Shown: positions 33,199-44,590 of the stretch, piece after piece
Position numbering within the stretch: position 1 is the first letter of the stretch
How the letters are laid out: each line of letters starts with the position of its first letter
Source: Neoechinorhynchus agilis
Lineage: Eukaryota > Animalia > Acanthocephala
DNA: 64,000 bases
Assembly: GCA_051530055.1 (NCBI GenBank)
Contig: CM121342.1
Coordinates: 5,455,489-5,519,488 of the forward strand
Direction: 5' to 3'
Program-made: the position numbers and the translations under genes
Notes under the pieces: model-generated
The model's input: only the letters and a program-made list of their open reading frames with translations
The model's database searches: none
Told to the model about the DNA's origin: nothing

Positions 33199-34599
33199 AT
33201 GTCCAAAACTAGTTCCCTCGCCGCTAAGATCGCTGCTGTGAGTGCAGCATCGGCCAACAGAATCTGCGCTCGGTGCTCCAAACGGGTGTATCCAGTAGAA
33301 CAAATCATTTGCCTAGATAAACTTTGGCACAAATCATGTTTCCGATGCACAACATGCCAAGGACCATTGACTATGAACACTTATAAAGGATTCAATAAGT
33401 CACCGTATTGCAGCGTGTAAGAAGATTTATTAGAGCGTTCAAAGAACTTCATTTTTGTCTTTTAGACATTATCCCATTCAGAAACCTACGGATGTATCCG
33501 ACACTCCGGAGATGAAACGTCTGGTCAAAAACACTGAAATTCAAAGCAATGTTAGGGTCAAAGTGTAAACAAAAACCTTTTTATCTTTTTTAGTTTCTGA
33601 GTTCGCTTTAGACTCGTTTCCATTTTTTAGCTAATTTTTGAATGTCTTAATTGTTCTCCTTACATTCTCACAAATTTAGTGAACGTGATTCACACTTATT
33701 AGAACAAAGTTCTCTTTACAATTCTTAAAATATACTCTTCCATATTAGACAAATCTGATTTATAGGGGAGGAGGAGAAGCCTCCCCGCGAAATATAAATC
33801 AGATATCTTTTTATGTGACACCCTTACGATCTTCTCTGTCGATGATTCTTAAATTTCAGTTTCAATTAGCCATGTTTTAAAAAAAGTTCGGCCTTTTGGT
33901 TGGCCTTCTTCAACGAAAAGGCCGAATTTTTTTTTAATATAAATCTATAATTGTAGCCGAAACCACAATGAATAGATTCTTAAATCGTCTTATTCAAAAT
34001 AGGTGGTTTATCACCGTGATTTCGAAAAGCAACGTGGTAAGCACAATGTTAGTTGGCACCAATCTCCACCAGAAATAAAGGAATATCCAAGTGATGACTT
34101 TTTTAAAATCTGCCAAGGTACATGACCGTGTGGGTTTTTTGGTACTTTTAATTTTTTTTAAGGAGAATTGCTAAGGAAACGAGAAGTACGTGGCAGTCCC
34201 GACTACGATTCATTGTCTGCTGAGTTGGAACTGCCCACTGTTTCGCCTTCATCAGTAGCCGGCAATACTACATCCACATCGTACAGACCTCTCTTTATGG
34301 CCAATGGAACTGCTCGTACACGGCGTGATTCATGTGAAGACAGAACCAGTTCATCGCATTCTACAAGTGCCCTCGCCACCACCACCACCACCTCGACCGA
34401 TTCCAATAAATTATCCCGAAAATTTACAGTACAGGCTGCATATAGTTACGAAGCCTGTGAAAATGATGAACTCTCGTTCAAACAAGGAGATATCATCCTT
34501 GACTGTGAGTATGTCGACCAAGGATGGATGATTGGAACTCATGCGAAAACCAAACTTTGTGGAATGTTACCTTCCAATTACGTTATACAACTATTGTAG
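33199..34599 (+). CDS. LASP1: LIM and SH3 domain protein (LASP), about 5 exons
   Basis: LIM domain CARCSKRVYP...WHKSCFRC...PYCSVHYP; nebulin-like DTPEMKRL...IQSN/VVYHRDFEK; SH3 AAYSY...DELSF..GD...GWM...GMLPSNYV. Phase-compatible introns 33417-33465, 33551-34002, about 34037-34071 and about 34118-34161. Confidence 0.93.
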
Positions 34600-34806
34600 A
34601 GACATTTGAAAAGTCCCAATTAAACATTTTCGATATCTAATAGACTTGAATTCAATGGGGTTTTTGTAATCTCTTCTTTGGCCGTCACTTTGGAAACTTC
34701 TAATTTTCAACTATTGAAGTATTAGTGGTAAAATGGAGATGCCAGAATGTTTCAATGAATCGTCGTTTAAGATTGATTTTATTTTCGTGTGGAATTGTGT
34801 CGGTAC

Positions 34807-36872
34807 TTATATGGTTGGTCCATCATTGATTGGAATCCTAATATGGCCTTCTTCGTTATCATCGCTATCGTCGCTATCATCGAATTGATCTTCAACTTCG
34901 ATGTCTTCGAATTTAGGTAGATCATCGAGCATCGTAACATCGTCTTTCATCTTTTGCTTCTTTATCTTTTTTCTAGCTTTATTGGTTAAATCTTGAGCTT
35001 CTTGCATTTTCCGATCTGCAGACATATCCTTTTTGCTCGTTGGATCCCTAATCTCCTCTTCCTCCATGTAGAATTGTGGCAAAGCAGTCCCAAAAAATAA
35101 AAACTCAATTCCTGCTATGAAGTACATAACGCCAGCAATAATAAATACATTCCTCCATTGAGCTTGCGTGTGCTATGTGAAACTCGATTGAGAAATATCG
35201 GGTTTTTTTTAACATTGAAATTACCTGTTTGGTCATTGCACTGGTAACGTAGGGCGCTATTATGCCCGGAATCGATCCAATGGCATTAGCCATCCCGAAA
35301 ACAATGCCGGCGATCGATCCCCCGATATCATTGCAGACGCACATGAATCCAGCTCCGAATGTTACACCACTGAGTTGTTTCGTTTAAAACTAAGATTTCT
35401 TGTTTAGACTTACAATAAAGCCCCGGAAATGGAGTAGAGTGCGACGGCAACCTCCGTAGATTTTGCGAATCCAATCGCTATAGTCATAATACCGGGACCG
35501 AATGCACCTTTTTTGAGTCGAATAAACGTTGTTATTTCAAACATTGAGCTTACCAATACTATTAGCCAATTTCCTCACCGCAGTCCTACTCAAGATTTGT
35601 CTGGAGATCAGCACATCGGCAACAAGTCCCGAAGACGTGGTCGTTAACCAAATAAGGAGAAATGGAATGCAAGAAATGAACCCGGTTTCCTTTATGTCGA
35701 ATTTCAGGACGTGCTTCATATATGTTGGAGTGTTTGTCAGCATTATATAGAATCCCCAATTGACAAGGGTATGGTAGGCATCGTGGGCTATAAAGGCTCG
35801 ACTCTTTAGAATCTTGAGCCATGGAATCTATTTTTTTTGGAAAAACCTATGATAGATCAATGACGGTTTATAGAAGGTACCTTTCGGAAGCTAATGGGTC
35901 GTCTTGGAACGGTGTTTCGAAGAATATAATCTTTCTCTTTTTGAGACACAAATGGGTGCTTTTGTGGATCTGTTCTGAACAGAACCACCCAGAGGATACA
36001 CCATGTAAACGTTAACATGGCTGTATATTTTTTGCCATTGAAGTGATAGGTTGTGTAAAAGCGATACGAACCATTCAAGTAAAATAAAGCCGCCCAACTT
36101 GGTCCAAATCCTATTCCTTTGTGGCATAAATGCCCTCCAATAGCGTAACAAAATACACTTCCAAGATGGGATCCTTTAAGAACTATCGTATTCTAACTTT
36201 TCGGTATACCGTGTGTACCTGATACAGCGAATCCGATTAGGATACTTCTATCAGCTGCAGGGGCCCATCTCGACCATAACTGAGTCAAACTTGGGAATAT
36301 CACTCCCTAAATCGCTTTATCATAACGATTAAAAACAAAAGATTACCGCACTTAGGCCCAAGCAACACTCTCAGAACCACAATGAGTGCGTATCCACGGT
36401 AAGCGAGGGTCTCATAAAGACAAAGTAGAATGCCGTTTATCACCATTGAAGTTAACATTGTTATTTTGGGTCCGAATCGAGACGCCAGATAACCTCCAGG
36501 AATCTGAGAGACTGCATATCCCCAGAAAAACCCGGACAAAATCAGTCCTCGTGCGTTGGAATCCCAAATGAATGGTCCTTCCGTCGAGGGCTATAAAAAA
36601 AACGGAATTTAAAGGGTAAAAAAGGTCTCATCAAACTCACATCAGAACTGTTTTCTCCAAATGCGCTGTGGTTAACCATACAAACAATGTTCAAGGTTAT
36701 ATCCACTTTTTGCGAATACTGAATAAAGGTGCAGCTCATGACCAGAATGGCCACCAGGAACCGGTAACTCAACAGGACGTCGAGGACCGATGATTCTGTT
36801 CATTTTTCACGGAATGACCAGTATGTCGAGAGAAGTTATTGGACTTAAACAGAAAAGCTTACTTCGTGGCAT
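34807..36872 (-). CDS. SLC17 family (sialin/VGLUT-like) MFS anion transporter; multi-exon
   Basis: SGFFWGYAVSQIPGGYLASRFGPK, WEVYFVTLLEGIY, LTNTPTYMKHVLKFDIKETG, VFGMANAIGSIPGIIAP and QWRNVFIIAG-type segments in order. Probable start exon MPR at 36872. Confidence 0.92.
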
Positions 36873-37220
36873 TGCGCTTCTCGGTTTTTAGGGAGCGTAG
36901 AAAAAACTAAACCGGGTTTTTTTGCAAAATCCTATAAATCCCGAAAACTTGGGTGGTTAGGACTTAGTCACACGCTCAGAACCTTAGCTATGAGTTTGTA
37001 CGGTGAGGCATTTAAGAAGACGAAGATGACTAATCCCTCTTTTTGCCAAAAATAATTTGCTCGTTGCACACTTGTGCACACTGTGCTCTCCTTATGTTTG
37101 GCTGGGCGAGTCATCTTAAAGTAGGTCGCTGAAAAGATGAGATTTCCTGACAAACGAACTCAATCAACTCATTTACGCACTTTTTCATGTCCAGACTCCG
37201 GCAGGAGACATAGCTTTCCT

Positions 37221-37960
37221 GCGTGAGATCGTCAGATTCCTAAATCGGATATGCAATACAGAGGAATGCTGATCTTTTCCTATTTCCAGTTCGCACCCAA
37301 TATTCTTTGCAAGACGAGCCAACATTTCTAACTCGCTCAGCTTTTTCCTTCTAAAATCGCTTTAATATCATCATTCAATACATTCAAAACGTTTCGTTGA
37401 AAAAGGAAAGACTGTAAGATTGTTGTCTTCGTTGAAGCTTCCACATCTTCTTGGTCTAAAGAATGAGAGCGATTCCATATACGAACATCAGCATTCCTCT
37501 GTATTGCATATCCGATTTAGGAATCTGACGATCTCACGCTCTTTTGTCTTCTACTTGAATCTTCCAACTCGCTCAGCTTTTTCCTTCTAAAATCGCTTTA
37601 ATATCATCATTCAATGCATTCAAAACGTTTCGTTGAAAAAGGAAAGACTGTAAGATTGTTGTCTTCGTTGAAGCTTCCACATCTTCTTGGTCTAAAGAAT
37701 GAGAGCGATTCCATATACGAACATCAGCATTCCTCTGTATTGCATATCCGATTTAGGAATCTGACGATCTCACGCTCTTTTGTCTTCTACTTGAATCTTC
37801 CAACTCGCTCAGCTTTTTCCTTCTAAAATCGCTTTAATATCATCATTCAATGCATTCAAAACGTTTCGTTGAAAAAGGAAAGACTGTAAGATTGTTGTCT
37901 TCGTTGAAGCTTCCACATCTTCTTGGTCTAAAGAATGAGAGCGATTCCATATACGAACAT
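37221..37960. repeat. 236-bp tandem repeat (about 2.7 units) with a 53-bp inverted copy of part of the unit at its left
   Basis: ACTCGCTCAG recurs at 37331, 37567, 37803. 37221-37273 is the exact reverse complement of 37487-37539. Confidence 0.93.
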
Positions 37961-39496
37961 TCAAAACTCAAACAGTGTCGTCCAAAATAATTGCATCTAA
38001 AACAGCCTCTTAGCCTCGGAAATCTTTCCTTAGAAATCACTCATCGTTTTTTCAGGTTATAAGTCGAATTTTTGCGAATCAATGGAGCGAAATGGAAGCC
38101 GTTCAAACCTTCCACTTCACGAAAAGAGTTGTTGATTGCTTAAGCTTCTGATTTTAGAAGAAAGACAAGAAGTTTAATAAATGGATGATTTAAAGCAATT
38201 GGAAGCATTGTTTTCTTTTTTCTTGCTGCAAAATTGACAAAAAAAACTGAAAAATAGGCTAAAAAACAATCAATTACTTAGATTTTTGTCATAGTATTTC
38301 CAACGACAAGCAACTTCAATTTTACGACGAATGTTTTTGAATTAATGGATGATATAATCTGCTTCAAATTCTAGAGTTAACCTTTGCACTTTACAGCCTT
38401 TAGCATCTTCAACTAAGGACATTTTTTGTTGTTTCATTAAGATAAAAAAGATTAAAATATCTTAAACCAGAAAAAAAGCCCCATTGTTTTTTGCCTATAA
38501 ATGATTTGAAGTGCCGATCAAAATTGATGTTGAACAGGAGCTTATGTTCAATGTAAGTAAGCGAACTTTGGAAATATCATATTCTTTAAATTGCAAACGA
38601 GAAAAAGGGTCCAAAACGTCGCACATCGTTTCATTTTCAGCGAAATGGAGTTAATGTCAGGCATAAAATGGCACTAAGAGGAACTGCAATACTTTACTAC
38701 TGCAATGCCATCGCTACATACTTCGAGATGAGGAATGTGGAATCTTTTATTTGGAGTGGCATGCCAAGGAGCTATCGAAGACACTAGAAGCGAAAAATAA
38801 GCCTTGTTACACTTTTATATCTTCATAAAGAGCGATAAAGGGCCCTTTAGTTGATATTGGAAACGGATTTTCCCGGTGAATTCCATTGGGTCGCTAATGA
38901 ACCTCCAAAAGCAGTTTGATTTGGCCACAAAGCACTTCTTTTGACAAGTGTTGCCCTGGACACTATTGTTTTTGTGGCACAATAGTACACTGCTGATGCA
39001 ACAATGGTCGGTCGGTATCATTAATATTTGCGGGCGGAATCCACAAAAAACACTCAATGTGTTCATATTCTCTTATCTTGTCTGAATTTTTCGGCAGCTT
39101 TCTCTCACAAGAGTAGATGAGCCATGTCAAAAAGCTTGTTCTAACAAAGAAATAGATAAGCGCTTGTTTTCTTCACATAATGCTGAAGGAATACACGACT
39201 ATCGAGCAAAAAAACCAGGGACAACAAATGCCATTACTCTTGAACCCTTCACCACCAAAAGAGATGATAAAAGCTCTTTTTTTCTATAATGTATCTCAAG
39301 ACGAACGGTGCCGACAATGTGAAAAAAGCCTTCAGCACTTTTTAATTTGATTCGACTTGTGTTTCCTCGTGTTTTTCTGTTATAGTGCCACTAGAGATCC
39401 TCCGTGCACACACACAGCTCGAACCGATTAATATTCACGTCTTTTTGTACTCTCTCTCGTAAAAGCCATCGAAAACTTGCTCTCGCACTTAATCGA

Positions 39497-40835
39497 ATGG
39501 CCGCCGCCGAGAACTCAAACGAATATCGAGAACTTAAAATACTTTGGCAGCACTGCGAAAACAAAGATGTCGTCTGTGAACTAGCTGCTATCACAGAACT
39601 CAGCCAAATCCTATCAATTTTCAATCAACTTAATATTCATTTAATCGAATTCAATTATAAACCACGAACTAATGCTGATGAAGACGGATACCCTCTGTCC
39701 ATTATAGTAGATACGCCCATAAATGAAATATCTGCGTTAAAATCTAAAATCAATGAAAGCGACCTAAAAATATTCTCAGAGTTTAAATGGGAATTATCTT
39801 CTTCGCTCTTAGCTTCATGAGAAAGATAATTGCCAGACTAAAATCGAAGAGGTCATTGAAGAAAGTCCTGCAAAGCCTTCATGGTTCCCTCGGACCGTGT
39901 ACCAACTGACCAAAAACTGCAATGAACTAAAACAAAAGACATTATCAGATTCGCGAATCTACCAAGGATACTCTGATCCCGTCTATCTTGAACGTCTTAC
40001 CTACTTTAAAGGTCTAACTACGACAAACGAAGAGAGCCTTCTTCGACATAAACGTCCTGATTATAACAGAAAAGAAATAGAAACATGGAAAATGGTTTTT
40101 AGACGTCTCACTCTTTTGCACGACTCCTATGCAAGCAGCTGGTACATTCAGAATTTTAAGACTTTTGTCAACGAGTGCCACATAAGCGAACATGAAATAC
40201 CTTCAGTTAGAAAGATAGCCAGCTATATTCACACTAAAGCCGGATTTCGACTAAGAACTATACCATCAACTCTCTCCAGTCGCCACTTCTTTGCACATCT
40301 CGCATTTAGATACCTTCCAATTCCTGCCCATATTCGCCATTTTTTAAGTCCGTTCCATTCGCCTGATGTGGATATAGTCCATGTTATTCTTGGACACATT
40401 CCACAACTCCTTGACACACGAATGGCTCATTTCTTACAACAACTTGGTACCCTCACTCTAGGTGCCGATGAACAAACATTAACAAAAGTGGAACACGTTT
40501 ATTTTCAGCTAATTGAATATGGCCTTATCAAAGAGAATAATGAGCTGAAAGCGATTGGAGCTGCTCTGTTGTCATCGTACGGGGAACTATGCCATTCACT
40601 GTCTGACAAAGCCGTTCATTATCCTTTTTCCATTCTAAAATGCTGGTCCCAGCAATGCAATGATAATACGTTCCAGGAGTCGTATACCTTTATCGAGACT
40701 GGTATCCATGAAGCCCTCGAAAGCGTTATTTCTTATTTTGAGAATAACGATAAGCGATTATTCAACCTTAGCTACTGTTCCATAAGGGAAAGCTTTGACT
40801 TGCAAAAAAAAGTAGTGATCGAGGTTAATTTTTAG
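39497..40835 (+). CDS. Highly divergent biopterin-dependent aromatic amino acid hydroxylase (PAH/TPH/TH family); 2 exons, intron boundaries uncertain
   Basis: ACT-like N-terminal exon, then WFPRT, GYSDPVY, GFRLR, LSSRHF..LAFR, IRH, VHVILGHIP, IEYGL and KAIGAALLSSYGEL. Confidence 0.88.
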
Positions 40836-41169
40836 AGCGAAAAAAAAGAAGATAGTCCGTGATTTTACAATGGAGAACGCGTGCTCATTTTTGTGGAATA
40901 GAGTGGCACATAAGAGAGAGACTATAATGAGTCTACTTTTTTGAAAAGGAGCGTTTTTCTTCATTCCCGGACCTAACCGATTGTCCTCGTCGAACATTTC
41001 TCAATAGTGGCAGCTTCCTTTTTTCATATAACGAAAACTATAAAAGTTGTGTCTGGAACACAGCGCTCGTGTGTTCATCTTTTGTCTTGCCAACAGAATG
41101 CTGCTTTTTCCACACGAGATCTGAAAATCATCCCAGCTCTAATACATCTTTATAGAAGAGAATTTTAAG

Positions 41170-42176
41170 TCGCCTTCGTCGTCAAAAGTATGAACAACCA
41201 ATCTTTAATCATTCCAGCGCTTGAAGGAATTCAGCTGGACGGGACTGGATTCGCTCTTTACGGTTAGAAATATCTGTGGACTCATTGTATATTCGATTTA
41301 ATAGAACCTGCTATTTAGACGTGAATTTCAGGACCAACGATCAAGTCAGATTTGATCTCCAATTCAAAACACAATTCAGAGATGGCCTCCTTTTATTATT
41401 GCACAACTTTAGTACTGATGAAAACTTAACTGTTGAAATGGTCAATGGACAAGTAAGTGACAGTTGCGTCCATTCAATCTCTTTGTTAGCTCCTTAAAAA
41501 AACCCAGAGATTTTATTTCGGTTTTGTATCTAAAATTATCAAAATGAAAAGGGTTGACCGGTTACTTTTGTTGCAAAACGATAGCTACAAGTTGCTGGTG
41601 GCATTTTGACTGATCTCAAAACCCGAGTTGTGTCACTTTGCTCGAATGACTACTAATGAATCCTGAATTCCATTTAAATTTTTTGTAGGTAAACGTCAGG
41701 CTTACTACACAACGAGCTATTATTTCTCTCCAAAGTGGTATTAGAGGCCACAAAATCACTGATAACAACTGGCACTGTCTTAATGTCGAAATAAACCGAA
41801 ATAAGATTTCAATGAAAATCGACATGAATTCCTTCACGAAAATCGACCCAAAACTATTTGGAAATTTGGCAATTGAAGGAAGTCTCTTTATTGCTGGATT
41901 CCCAGGTAACTTTCTCTGAGTTCTACACACCATAGAATCCGTCAATCTAGACCACGTTAATCCGAGCCATACCGCAAATGGTTTTCGCTATGGATTTTTG
42001 CTCTTCGGCGAAACCCATGTGATACAGCTGTGAGATCCAAAAACTTCTGGAGAGGTGGTATTCGTGCTTTAAGGATTAATGGAGATTATGTAAATTGGAC
42101 CAACGGGGACTCTGAAGTCATTTCAGCCAGTCCAGACCTCCAAAATGTGCACTTCGATTTCATTCCTACGTCGTAG
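41170..42176 (+). CDS. Laminin G domain protein; multi-exon, 5' end unresolved
   Basis: Exons give LDGTGFALY, LQFKTQFRDGLLLL, DNNWHCLNVEI...MKID, GSLFIAGFP and FWRGGIRALRING, ending at TAG 42174-42176. Confidence 0.75.
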
Positions 42177-42498
42177 GACTAAATGGAATTAGACTATATT
42201 ATCAATCGTTATTTCAATAATAATAAACAAAATTTAATAGCACTCTGATTGAGTCTGAGAATTTGAACCGCTCTTTATTTCCAAAATCAGAAGAGCAGTT
42301 TTAATTTTGATAACACATTGTGCACTTGGTAATCTCAAACGATTCGAACCAGTTTAGATCATTATTCCACGAATTAACTCGTTCTAATCGTGAATTTGAC
42401 GATTATTTTAAATATTGATAATGTCTGGAACATATGAGCAGAACATTTCAAAATCTGGAAAATCACCTATCGGTCATTCTCCCCATTCTTACACCCTA

Positions 42499-43040
42499 GC
42501 AGTTAGCGTCCCGGGGAAGGCATTTGCCCTCTCGCCACTTAAGGACCGAAATTCCGTCAGGTCGACAAAGATGGGCGGGTTCCAGGATGTTCAGGAAGTT
42601 CGCCTTTCTCAACGCCCGAAAAATTGATCTCAGAATGGCGTGAGAACAACGAGACCGTGTCGCCCGAAAGCATCAACCAAAGACCCACAGACCAAGTCTT
42701 AAGGACACTGCGATCCTCGTTACCTCATCAGTAAGAAGATTTCCCACAGATGCCAGAGGAACAGTCTCCAACCACGTACCCGATTCTCGTGTTGAAACTG
42801 CCAACAATCTAGCTCGGACGACCCCATCGTGAGAACCTGAAAGTAGAGAGCTCTCGCGACGAGAGATCTGTCCCAGATCGACTGTCTGAGGCCATATTGG
42901 GATTTAGCATTGGCAGCTCGGCACTCTGCTTCCGGATCTCTCGAAGAAATTGTGAGAAACGACCGGCGATAGCAATGCTGCCAGCGTGATAGCGACAGCC
43001 GAGGAAGGAGAGAAGCTTCGATTTTGCGGACGGTGGTAAT
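42499..43040 (-). mobile_element. Internal/C-terminal fragment of an RLE-type (CRE-like) non-LTR retrotransposon, decayed
   Basis: QSIWD, RARLLAVSTRESGTWLETVPL...TRIAVSLRLG, VDAFGRHGL and RALRKA...LEPAHLCRPDG...KWREGKCLPRDANC across frameshifts. Flanked by a diverged direct repeat (42368-42490, 43088-43166). Confidence 0.85.
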
Positions 43041-43504
43041 TGCGCGTTTCGTGCTTTATTATCGTAAAACTTATTGAGAAAAAATTTCACGAATTAACAC
43101 GTTTTAATTGTGAATTTGACGAATCTAAATTTGGAAAATCACCTATTGGTCATTGTCTCCATACTTTATAACATTTCAACAAAAAAAGTCTCCAAAATGT
43201 AAGAAAAAATTACCAAGAAACTATCTTTTTTTTTGAAGTTTGACGATGCTAAAAGCTTGAAATGTGTGTGAACACACAATTCGGTGCGATTTGGCAAAGT
43301 TCTACATTTCCATCATAAAAAGACCACAAATTCGTTGTTTGTATACGAAGAAATTGCTTTTGTTTCTAGCGTTATTTGGATTGATCGGTTCCTATCGAAT
43401 GCCGTAAACAATAGCAAATCGATTGGAGAGAGAAGGTACGGTTGTCTTAGCAACGAGAAAATTGAGGTTATTGATAATAAGACTCAATCACCAGGGTTTA
43501 AGAG

Positions 43505-44530
43505 ATGCGGCGGCCACCGTTTGTGTTCGATGCAAAGAAGGCAAGAATGTTCAATGCAGCATTGGTGGATCAACGAGCAGAAGGAAATTCAAGATTGTGT
43601 TCCGAATTACGAAGCATTGTTCCCGAGGGCATTCTCAGCGCTCTACATTCGAACGGCGCAGATCACATTGAGATGTCCAGCATTGTATTGGCAGGAGATG
43701 ATCAAAAATCGATAGGACAAAATCAGAATTATGTAAAAGGCGGTCTAATATACTTGCCAACTACAAATAGTCAATTTGAGCGGTTTTTAAAGCGCACCCG
43801 TGGTCCGGTTGTGATTGATTTTTACGCTAGATGGTTGAGTGAGGCTATAAAAAAGGAGAAAGGTATAGTGAAGGTTGTGCGAGTGAATGTAAGTAAGCTT
43901 CCTGAGATTGCAAGACAATACGATGTGTCAGTGACTCCGACAGCAGTTGGTGTTGGATGTGATGGATTGGAAGTGAGTCGTTTGACCGGAGCTACGGATG
44001 ATCAGAACATCCGGCATTTTGTAAAGGAGATAGTTGAATCTTGTAAGAAAGCGAAAGGGAGACGGAGTGCGAGTGCAGATCGGTATGAAAGCGACGATTT
44101 TGCGTTTGGACATGATCGTGAATTGAAAAGATCACCAATGAGGCAGCGACCATACCATCGATGTGAGTTAATAGAGCGCGAGGGCATCGTTTTAACATGT
44201 TCATATTTAGACGAGAAGACTCATCGGCGTTCAAGGAGTGAAGTAAGATTTCCCCAAAACGAAAAAGATCAAACTCACAAGCAGTTTTTCTTTACGAACG
44301 AAGCCATTTCGAGCAAGCCGCTGACCATGATTCCTGGAATAGGTCAAGTGTACGCGGCTCGAATGGAAGCACATGGAATCCACTCGGCTAAACAATTAGT
44401 CGGTATTTACATGCAAGAGCGGAACATGGTGGAGTTTCAGAACTGGTTAAAGGATTCGTTCCACATGAATGAGCGTTGGGCTCGAATCGCGACTGAAGCG
44501 ATCGAGACCGTCGTTCGACACATGGTCTGA
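43505..44530 (+). CDS. Single ORF: thioredoxin-like fold lacking CxxC plus a C-terminal barrier-to-autointegration factor (BAF)-like domain
   Basis: PVVIDFYARW-LSEAIKKEKG.VKVVRVNV..LPEIARQYDVSVTPT is thioredoxin-like. THKQFF.TNEAISSKPLTMIPGIGQVYAARMEAHG...FQNWLKD is BAF-like. No stop in 341 codons. Confidence 0.8.
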   Translation: MRRPPFVFDAKKARMFNAALVDQRAEGNSRLCSELRSIVPEGILSALHSNGADHIEMSSIVLAGDDQKSIGQNQNYVKGGLIYLPTTNSQFERFLKRTRGPVVIDFYARWLSEAIKKEKGIVKVVRVNVSKLPEIARQYDVSVTPTAVGVGCDGLEVSRLTGATDDQNIRHFVKEIVESCKKAKGRRSASADRYESDDFAFGHDRELKRSPMRQRPYHRCELIEREGIVLTCSYLDEKTHRRSRSEVRFPQNEKDQTHKQFFFTNEAISSKPLTMIPGIGQVYAARMEAHGIHSAKQLVGIYMQERNMVEFQNWLKDSFHMNERWARIATEAIETVVRHMV

Positions 44531-44590
44531 GCCAAAAATACAGACCAATCCTTTTGTTCATAAAGAATCTGAAGTTTACACGAGCATCTA

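Noticed and set aside
37843-39300. Protein-like minus-strand frames broken by stops
   Set aside because: Possibly a decayed gene or transposon, but no family motif could be recognised.
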